Assembly: GCA_003144275.1 (NCBI GenBank)
Contig: NJBF01000052.1
Span: 1 to 18,667, forward strand
DNA from: Candidatus Heimdallarchaeota archaeon B3_Heim
GTDB lineage: Archaea; Asgardarchaeota; Heimdallarchaeia; Hodarchaeales; Hodarchaeaceae
DNA length: 18,667 nt
Reading direction: 5' to 3'
Shown: positions 7,601 to 14,521 of the stretch, piece by piece
How positions within the stretch are numbered: position 1 is the stretch's first letter
How the letters are laid out: the number at the start of each line of letters is the position of its first letter
Position numbers and translations under genes: made by a program
The notes under the pieces: generated by a model
Told to the model about the DNA's origin: nothing
Database searches by the model: none
The model's input: the letters and a program-made list of their open reading frames with translations, nothing else

Positions 7601-7824
7601 AGCATTGGATAAATAAGTGCTTAAGAATTGCACAACAAGAAGATATGAAGCTTTTCTATGATATAGCGATGAAAGAGTCAGTTAAATTCGAAAGACTTAG
7701 AAAAAACATCAAATCGATCCTGAAACTGGATACTCAACTTTCATCTGAAGAACAGCATAAAAGAGTAGAGGAATATGTACGAGAAGCACTTGGTATCAAA
7801 AAGGGTCAGAAAGATAATCAATGA
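4690..7824 (+). CDS. Family-5 (OppA/DppA-like) solute-binding protein fused to TSP3-like Ca-binding motif, single TM helix and ~300-aa cytoplasmic alpha-helical (TPR-like) domain
   Basis: N-terminal signal-like segment (RK..[17 protein letters not shown]). Family-5 signatures: SLDP, [73 protein letters not shown]...[19 protein letters not shown] at 6688-6825. Hydrophobic [25 protein letters not shown] at 6847-6921, then KLRN and a helical tail with TPR-like segments ([54 protein letters not shown]). Confidence 0.88.
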   Translation: [1044 protein letters not shown]

Positions 7825-8072
7825 TCAGGAATAGCAGTTAAGTATAAAGAAACTGCTCGATCGATTAGAATATGATCAAATTTGCTCTGTGAGGTATTAC
7901 AACATAATTTTGTGCGGTATATTAAAGATTTAAATCGAGTTTCAGGATTTTGACAATTTCATTGACTGGAAACTCATAAAAATCGATGCTATCTTCCAAA
8001 ACGAGGAGAAAATAAAGTAATTTACTTCGTGCTATCCTAACCTTATCAATTCTGAGCTTAGTATTAGCCTCA

Positions 8073-9878
8073 TTAGTCTTTCACTGGTTTCCAATCAATA
8101 CTTTGATGCTCATAATATTTCTTATATAACTGACTATATTTACCGCCTTTGGCCAGTAAAACTGAATGAGTTCCTTCTTCAATTATTTCTCCATGTTCCA
8201 ATACAATAATTCGGTCAGCATTTAATATAGTTGAAAGTCGATGAGCAATGATAATCGAAGTCCGTCCAGATAATAGAATATCAAGTGCTTCCTGAATAAT
8301 TGCTTCGGTATAGGCATCAACTGATGATGTAGCTTCATCGAGAATGAGGATTGATGGATCCGTTAGGAGTGCACGTGCGAAGCTAATAAGCTGTTTTTGG
8401 CCAGTTGAAAGTCCTCCACCTCTTTCACCAACTTGTGTTAGTAATCCGTCCTGTAAATATTCTATCAATTCTTCTGCATGAACTGCCTTAATGACTTCCC
8501 AGATCTTTTCTTCTGAGGCATCTAGTTTACCGTACCGAAGATTTTCCTCTATTGTACCATTAAACAAAAATACGTCTTGTTGGACTAAACCAATATTTTT
8601 TCGATATGAAACCAGATCCAAATCTCTAATATCAATATCATTGATTGTTATGGATCCGTTTTGAAACTCATAATACCTAGCAAGAAGATTTACGAGACTA
8701 GACTTTCCAGCTCCGGTATGTCCAACTATAGCAAGTTTTTCTCCTTGTTTTATATGTAAATTGAAATTTTTGAAGACAAATTCATCTTTTCTATAGTAAA
8801 AGTCTACTCCTTCAAAAATAATGTCACCCTTTAATTCAGTTACTTCATAAGTTACGGGATTCTGTTTAACTGCAGGCTCTGAATCCAAAATGTCAAGAAT
8901 ACGTTCATAAGAAGCCATAGCTGTACTAAGTTGAGGAAAAAAAGTGGCAAGAACAATAATTGGACGGAAAAACCTTTGAATGTACAATATGAACATTAGA
9001 ATTGTTGCAGTATTCGTTGTGCCTTGTATGATTAGTTGGCCTCCCATATATACTACAACGACTAGAATGACCGCAGTAATTGTCTCCAATATAGATCTCC
9101 AAACATGTGTAACAGCAGTTAACCTAAACGCTGATTTAAAATAATTTTTGTTAGTTTTATTAAATTGCTCAGAAACAGAGATTTCTTGCCCATAACTCTT
9201 ACAAACCTGAATTCCTTCAATTGATTCAACCATAGCAGAATTTATCTGTCCTATTGTTTTTCTATACACCCTACTTACAATCCGAGCCAGTCTTCTGAGA
9301 GAGAACATCAATAAGAATAGGAAGGGAATAGCAGCTAATGTCATTAAAGCTAAACTTGGATCTAATATGAACAAAATAATGAATGTGAATATACTAATAA
9401 GAAAATTACCTAAAGTATCTGTTAATAATATTGTAGTATTACCAAAATCTAAAGCATCGTTGGTTATTCTTGAATTTAAACTGCCACTTAGATGTTTATC
9501 AAAAAAGCTCATATCTTGTTCTTGCATCTTATCAAATATATCCAAACGTATTTTTTCTAAGAAATAAGGAATAAAATTTCCCACTTCTCTTCGTCGTAAG
9601 CTAAACATAATCCAAATTATGATTGAGAGTATAAGATAGACGAATCCAGCACTGAAGATTTCGATAAATTTAGGATTGGGATTTTCTAATTTATCAACAG
9701 CAAATCCTAATGTGATTGGAATTAAGATATCAGCTAAAGTAGAACACAAGATAAATAGTGATATGAGAACAACACTTCTCTTAAATGGACGTATCCTTGC
9801 AATAAACCGTGTTAATAACTCCCTGTCTGAATATTCCCGTTGTCGTTTTTCACCATGAATTCCATAATAAAGGCCCAT
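8073..9878 (-). CDS. Type IV ABC exporter half-transporter (TMD+NBD), consensus-Walker-B subunit (TM288-like)
   Basis: N-terminal TM bundle; Walker A GHTGAGKS, Q-loop VQQD, signature variant LSTGQ, Walker B ILILDE, D-loop ATSSVD, H-switch IAH. Its AAGGAG SD overlaps the TAA of the upstream partner. Confidence 0.95.
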   Translation of the reverse strand: MGLYYGIHGEKRQREYSDRELLTRFIARIRPFKRSVVLISLFILCSTLADILIPITLGFAVDKLENPNPKFIEIFSAGFVYLILSIIIWIMFSLRRREVGNFIPYFLEKIRLDIFDKMQEQDMSFFDKHLSGSLNSRITNDALDFGNTTILLTDTLGNFLISIFTFIILFILDPSLALMTLAAIPFLFLLMFSLRRLARIVSRVYRKTIGQINSAMVESIEGIQVCKSYGQEISVSEQFNKTNKNYFKSAFRLTAVTHVWRSILETITAVILVVVVYMGGQLIIQGTTNTATILMFILYIQRFFRPIIVLATFFPQLSTAMASYERILDILDSEPAVKQNPVTYEVTELKGDIIFEGVDFYYRKDEFVFKNFNLHIKQGEKLAIVGHTGAGKSSLVNLLARYYEFQNGSITINDIDIRDLDLVSYRKNIGLVQQDVFLFNGTIEENLRYGKLDASEEKIWEVIKAVHAEELIEYLQDGLLTQVGERGGGLSTGQKQLISFARALLTDPSILILDEATSSVDAYTEAIIQEALDILLSGRTSIIIAHRLSTILNADRIIVLEHGEIIEEGTHSVLLAKGGKYSQLYKKYYEHQSIDWKPVKD

Positions 9879-9890
9879 ATGAGAGTCTCC

Positions 9891-11672
9891 TTATCTATTC
9901 TTTCCCTGTATCTCTGGTAAGACTAATTGTTTACCAAAAATCCGCCTATAATCCGCTGAAGAATGTAATAGGTCGTCATGATTACCCTCTGAAATAATCC
10001 TTCCTTGTTTCAAAACCAATATTTTATCAGAACTTCGAATAGTGTGCAGTCGATGAGTAATAATTAGAGTAGTTCTATTTTTTATTATGTTTTCCATGGC
10101 ATAAGTTATTTTAGCTTCTGTTTCACTATCAACCGCAGAAACAGAATCATCGAGTATTAGAATGTCAGGGTCAGTTAAAAAGGCCCGAGCAATTGCTACT
10201 CGCTGTTTTTCGCCTCCAGAGAGACGTGTACCCCGCTCACCTACGATTGTACAATATGCCTCTGGAAATTCACGAACAAATTCATCAACGTGTGCAAGGT
10301 CTGATACGGTTTTAATTTCTTCTATTGTGGCATCAGGCTTACCAAAAGCGATATTCTCATTAATTGATTGCGAAAAAAGGTAAACATCTTGTTCTATATG
10401 CCCTATATGCCTTCTAAGTTCAGTTAGAGGATAATTACGAATATCTATTCCATCCAATAAGATAGAACCTTTTTGTGGTTCATACAACCGTAAGAGCAAT
10501 TTGATAAGGGTCGTTTTTCCACACCCTGTTGGACCAACAATTGCAACTCGCTGATAGGATTCAATTGTGAAGGTTAAATTTCTTAATATTGGCGATTTTG
10601 GCTCCTCTTTAGTTCCATAAGAAAACGTCACATCTCTAAATTCGATTTTTCCCTTGAAATTAATTGGCCACTCCCTCATTTCACTTTTACTACGCTCATT
10701 ATTGTCAGAAGAGAGAGTTGAGAACAAACGTGAGCAAGCTGCAAATCCACTCATCATATCGTTTGTAGCCCAAAAAATCATCTGCGTAGGATCTATAAGA
10801 GTAATCAAAAGTAAATTTGTCGCTATCAATACACCTATACTCAACGAATCAATATATACGAAACCTACACTTGCTAGAAAGGTAAACCCTATAGCAGTAT
10901 AAATAATAAGTAGAGGATAGAATTTAGATTGAACTTTAGTCTCCCCTATTCGATTATCACGAAACTTTTTCACCGCGTGATGGAATTTGCTCCTTTCTAA
11001 TGCCTCTGTGGCAAAGGAACGGACAATAGCTGCTCCGCTTATACTATCATGCAAAACAACGGCTAAATCTGAATGAGTCGTCATTCGTCCAGCAGCGAAG
11101 GGAGCAATTTTTTTCCGATAATCCAAAACAAAATAAATGTACAATGTTATAAAAGGAGTACAAATTAAAGCTAACCTAGGATCAAGGGTTAAAAAGAGGA
11201 GAGCTATGATCATAACAACCTGAAAAAAAGGATATAGATAAAAAGCTCCATGAGAGAGCATTGTATTTATTATCCGCAAATCATTAGTTGATAAAGCTTG
11301 TAAATCGCCCGTTCGTGCCTTATCATGAAATCTTAGAGGTTTAGATTGAATTGTATCAAAAAATTCTTGTCTCATATTTTGTTCAATCTTTAATCCTAGA
11401 TAATGGCCTACCATCATTGTGAGATAATCCATTCCATTGCGGAGGATGAAAACACCAAGTGCAAAAGCAAGGAGCCCAAACAGGTTGGTCAGATCACGAG
11501 TGATAAGAGCGCTATCAATAATATAACCAATTATAACAGGAATAATGACTCGGGATAAGGTAACAATACCAATTCCCATAAGAACACATAAGGCAAGTAG
11601 CTTTTGTCTAAATAAATGTGATAAAAACCACGCTTTATCACTCTTATAGGTTTTTATGTTTAAACTCATCAT
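9891..11672 (-). CDS. Type IV ABC exporter half-transporter (TMD+NBD), degenerate-Walker-B subunit (TM287-like)
   Basis: N-terminal TM bundle; Walker A GPTGCGKT, signature LSGGE, Walker B ILILDD (catalytic E replaced by D), SVSAVD, ITH. It ends 12 nt before the partner start. Confidence 0.95.
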   Translation of the reverse strand: MMSLNIKTYKSDKAWFLSHLFRQKLLALCVLMGIGIVTLSRVIIPVIIGYIIDSALITRDLTNLFGLLAFALGVFILRNGMDYLTMMVGHYLGLKIEQNMRQEFFDTIQSKPLRFHDKARTGDLQALSTNDLRIINTMLSHGAFYLYPFFQVVMIIALLFLTLDPRLALICTPFITLYIYFVLDYRKKIAPFAAGRMTTHSDLAVVLHDSISGAAIVRSFATEALERSKFHHAVKKFRDNRIGETKVQSKFYPLLIIYTAIGFTFLASVGFVYIDSLSIGVLIATNLLLITLIDPTQMIFWATNDMMSGFAACSRLFSTLSSDNNERSKSEMREWPINFKGKIEFRDVTFSYGTKEEPKSPILRNLTFTIESYQRVAIVGPTGCGKTTLIKLLLRLYEPQKGSILLDGIDIRNYPLTELRRHIGHIEQDVYLFSQSINENIAFGKPDATIEEIKTVSDLAHVDEFVREFPEAYCTIVGERGTRLSGGEKQRVAIARAFLTDPDILILDDSVSAVDSETEAKITYAMENIIKNRTTLIITHRLHTIRSSDKILVLKQGRIISEGNHDDLLHSSADYRRIFGKQLVLPEIQGKNR

Positions 11673-12317
11673 TAAACCCTATTTTATTTAAGATTTTCTT
11701 CTTAATGAGAAATTAGTTAAGTTTTATTATTTTTTTGTCAAGATTCACAGCAAATATTTAAGGATGAAGGATATTTCATATTTCAAGTCTATAATACACC
11801 TGCAGAAAGAGTTCTCATTGGACTAGTATTGACGTAGCCCTCGTTTATTGAGATAGATTAATAGATATTCAATATCCCACCTTTATTTACTTTTTTTTAT
11901 CATATTCTCGTGTTAAATATTGAAATTCTACTTCATTTAGAAAATTAACGTAGCTAGACGAATTTCACTTTATCTAGCATCGCCCAATGGATTGGTATCT
12001 ACCTAGGTATAAACTTTTCCTATCTAAATGTGCGTTTAGCAATGTTAAAGAATTCAAAATTAAGCCGAAAAAAGTAATTCCATCGTTATATTAAGTCATT
12101 TCGTGATAAACTTATTTAGGAGAGAAGTTCTCCTTGAGTTAGGAAATACATAATGATATTTCATCCTCAATCTCACTTTATTTGAGTTAAAAGACATTGT
12201 AACTACATTCTTGTTCTCGGAAGTCAGCAGGTTTCTAAGCAATCCATTTCATCTTCATCCAAAAGTTTTAATGATGTGCTAAATCTTCTGAGAAATTATA
12301 CATCGTTATTTATAAAT

Positions 12318-13565
12318 ATGGCACCTAGAACGATTAAATCGATTTCTTTAAGGGAAGTGGCCATTTTAACACAAAATGAAAGTATTAAATATGAAATATA
12401 TTCTTATAGATGGATTATTTTAATCCTTTTTATGTTTGTGGGAGCAATGACCCAGATTATATGGATTACATTCGCACCTATAATGAATGAAGTCGCTAGT
12501 TACTATAATGTTGACAGTGACACCATTTTACTATTAGCAGCTAGTTTCATGATTATCTATATCCCCGTAAACTTTCCAGCTAGTTGGTTAATAGAAAAAA
12601 ATGGATTGAAATGGGGAACTGGAATAGGAGTTATATTAACTGGCGTTTTTGGCTTTCTTCGAGCTTTCACGGGGTCTAATTTCATACTACTAATGCTTTG
12701 CCAAGTGATGGTAGCCGTTGGGCAACCATTTGTTTTAAATTCATTCACAAAACTTGCCGTCAATTGGTTTCCTCAGGAAGAAAAAGTCACAGCCACTGGT
12801 CTTGGAACTATGGCACTTTTCATAGGAATTATCATAGCTATGTTTGTTACATCTCCCCTCTATTCGCTAATGGGCATTGAATTCGTGTTACTTGTTTATG
12901 GGGTATTCTCTTTGATTTCTATGTTGTTATATTTACTGCTTGTTAAGGATAAACCCCAAAAACCCCCCAATGAGTATATTCGGGATGAAACAATCCACTC
13001 AAAACCAATAAAAGAATTATTCAGAAATCGTGATTTCAATCTCCTTTTAGTTTTGCTTTTTTGTGGATTGGGAATTTTTAATGCATTATTGAGTGCTATC
13101 GATGACATTTTCATTCGATTTTCACCTGATTCAGGAATCATTGGTGGCTTACTGTTAATAGGAGGTATTTTCGGTGCTTTTCTTCTTTCTTCGTTATCGG
13201 ATAAATTGGGAAAACGAAAAATCTTTTTAAATATAGCATTAACCATTAGTGTCCCCTTATCACTGTTACTAGAATTTTCTGATATTTTTATTCTGACATT
13301 AATACTAGCTTTTGTTTTTGGATTCATATTAGTACCAGCGTTACCAGTTGGACTAACCTATGGAGCAGAAATAACTTATCCTATATCAGAAGAAATTTCT
13401 AATGGTATCCTAATGATGTTTGGCCAGTTAGGAGGGATTATACTCTTAATAATGCCAGATATGATTCTCTTTGCATTCGTTTTTGGAATAGCGGCTATTA
13501 TAAGTCTCCTAATGAAAGATTCAGATGCATATCCGAGAAAGAGCGTTTATAGTGTGGAAGCTTAG
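12318..13565 (+). CDS. MFS transporter, FLVCR/SLC49-like family
   Basis: Multi-TM MFS pattern with YEIYSYRWII, QIIWITFAPI, IYIPVNFPASWLIEKNGLK, AVGQPF, WFPQEE, LSDKLGKRK and LPVGLTYGAEITYPISE, which resemble FLVCR-family motifs. The start is uncertain: GTG 12276 (ORF track), ATG 12318, or GTG 12357 (TTTATAAA at 12309-12316 would favour a late start). Confidence 0.88.
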   Translation: MAPRTIKSISLREVAILTQNESIKYEIYSYRWIILILFMFVGAMTQIIWITFAPIMNEVASYYNVDSDTILLLAASFMIIYIPVNFPASWLIEKNGLKWGTGIGVILTGVFGFLRAFTGSNFILLMLCQVMVAVGQPFVLNSFTKLAVNWFPQEEKVTATGLGTMALFIGIIIAMFVTSPLYSLMGIEFVLLVYGVFSLISMLLYLLLVKDKPQKPPNEYIRDETIHSKPIKELFRNRDFNLLLVLLFCGLGIFNALLSAIDDIFIRFSPDSGIIGGLLLIGGIFGAFLLSSLSDKLGKRKIFLNIALTISVPLSLLLEFSDIFILTLILAFVFGFILVPALPVGLTYGAEITYPISEEISNGILMMFGQLGGIILLIMPDMILFAFVFGIAAIISLLMKDSDAYPRKSVYSVEA

Positions 13566-13619
13566 ATCTCAAAAATTTGAAAATAGTCTTATGCTTTATT
13601 AATCTGAAAAGTTCAACAG

Positions 13620-13748
13620 CTATTGAAACACTAAAGCTGGATCTACTCCATTTAGGGCAATGGTAGCATCATAATTAAGGTACTCAAGGATTTTGATGAT
13701 ATCTTTGATTTCGCCTTCGGATGTAGATTCTTTCGCTTCAGTTGACAT
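13620..13748 (-). CDS. Possible small hypothetical protein (42 aa) or gene remnant
   Basis: ATG TCA ACT GAA ... CAA TAG gives MSTEAKESTSEGEIKDIIKILEYLNYDATIALNGVDPALVFQ. An in-frame ATG at 13775 would add 9 aa. The amphipathic pattern is protein-like, but I recognise no family. Confidence 0.3.
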   Translation of the reverse strand: MSTEAKESTSEGEIKDIIKILEYLNYDATIALNGVDPALVFQ

Positions 13749-14308
13749 TTGTCTTTCACTTATACTTACTCCCATATCATTTATAAAATTAATTACTGAG
13801 GCATAAGAAAAATTACCATATCCTTCCTTATTTCCTCACATCCTTTATTTGACTATACCTGATGTAATTTTTCCTGATTTTAAATCCATTTTACTTATTA
13901 GATCCGTAATAAGTGTTAAAGGATTTTTCATGGATTTTAGAGTATTTGAAGCCGACATAAAACAATTGCATTTCTAAATAACTCCTGTTTATGAAATTTT
14001 AAAGGAAAAGAGGAGAAAACTTGTTTTTCTGTCTCTGTACTTCATCTAATCCAGTCGCTAATAACATGCTTTACATATTCTCCAACAGGGGAAGGTCAAG
14101 TAGCATTATAAACAGTTGTTTTTTAGCCTTTAGATGGCATTTTATCTGTTTAGAATTTGATCTTATGGTTCGATAACACTTATTGAGAATTCTCTGTATT
14201 CATTTTTGATTTTTTATTAATTTTGAATGCTCTTTCCTAAGAGTTTCAACACATATTTCTTGTTCTTCTCTTGTTAAAATTAGCTAAGTTATTTCAAATG
14301 TGATAAGA

Positions 14309-14458
14309 ATGAGCGATAGATATTCATCCCCACGAGAAATGCACAAGGTTACTTGCGCAGATTGTGGACAAGAAACCGAAGTTCCTTTCAAACCTGATGG
14401 AACACGACCAGTCTACTGTAGAGATTGTTATAGAAAACGACGTCCAAGAAGTTATTAA
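14309..14458 (+). CDS. CxxC-x17-CxxC domain zinc-ribbon small protein (49 aa; TIGR04272-type)
   Basis: MSDRYSSPREMHKVTCADCGQETEVPFKPDGTRPVYCRDCYRKRRPRSY. It has CADC, exactly 17 residues, then CRDC, plus the family-typical REMH...EVPFKP...RPVYC pattern. GTGAT SD-like sequence lies upstream. It is below the ORF-track length cut-off. Confidence 0.93.
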   Translation: MSDRYSSPREMHKVTCADCGQETEVPFKPDGTRPVYCRDCYRKRRPRSY

Positions 14459-14494
14459 TCCTTTAATAATGTCTTGAATGTTGTCTATCAATCC

Positions 14495-14509
14495 TTTTTC
14501 CTTTTTTTT
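14495..14509 (+). terminator. Oligo-T terminator after the zinc-ribbon gene
   Basis: TTTTTCCTTTTTTTT begins 37 nt after the stop codon, between convergent genes. Confidence 0.55.
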
Positions 14510-14521
14510 CTGACGTTCATA

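Noticed and set aside
7717-7948. 14/15-nt inverted repeat (7717-7731 and 7934-7948) and a ~52-codon startless minus-strand frame ending ILKLDLNL
   Set aside because: A match this short is expected by chance in a window of this size. There are no target-site duplications or transposase, and no good start codon.
11770-12164. 10-nt direct repeat GATATTTCAT (11770, 12155), palindrome GATATTCAATATC (11864-11876) and a small AGGAGA/TCTCCT hairpin (12118-12134) in the divergent intergenic region
   Set aside because: About one such match is expected by chance in ~600 nt of AT-rich DNA, and there is no independent support.
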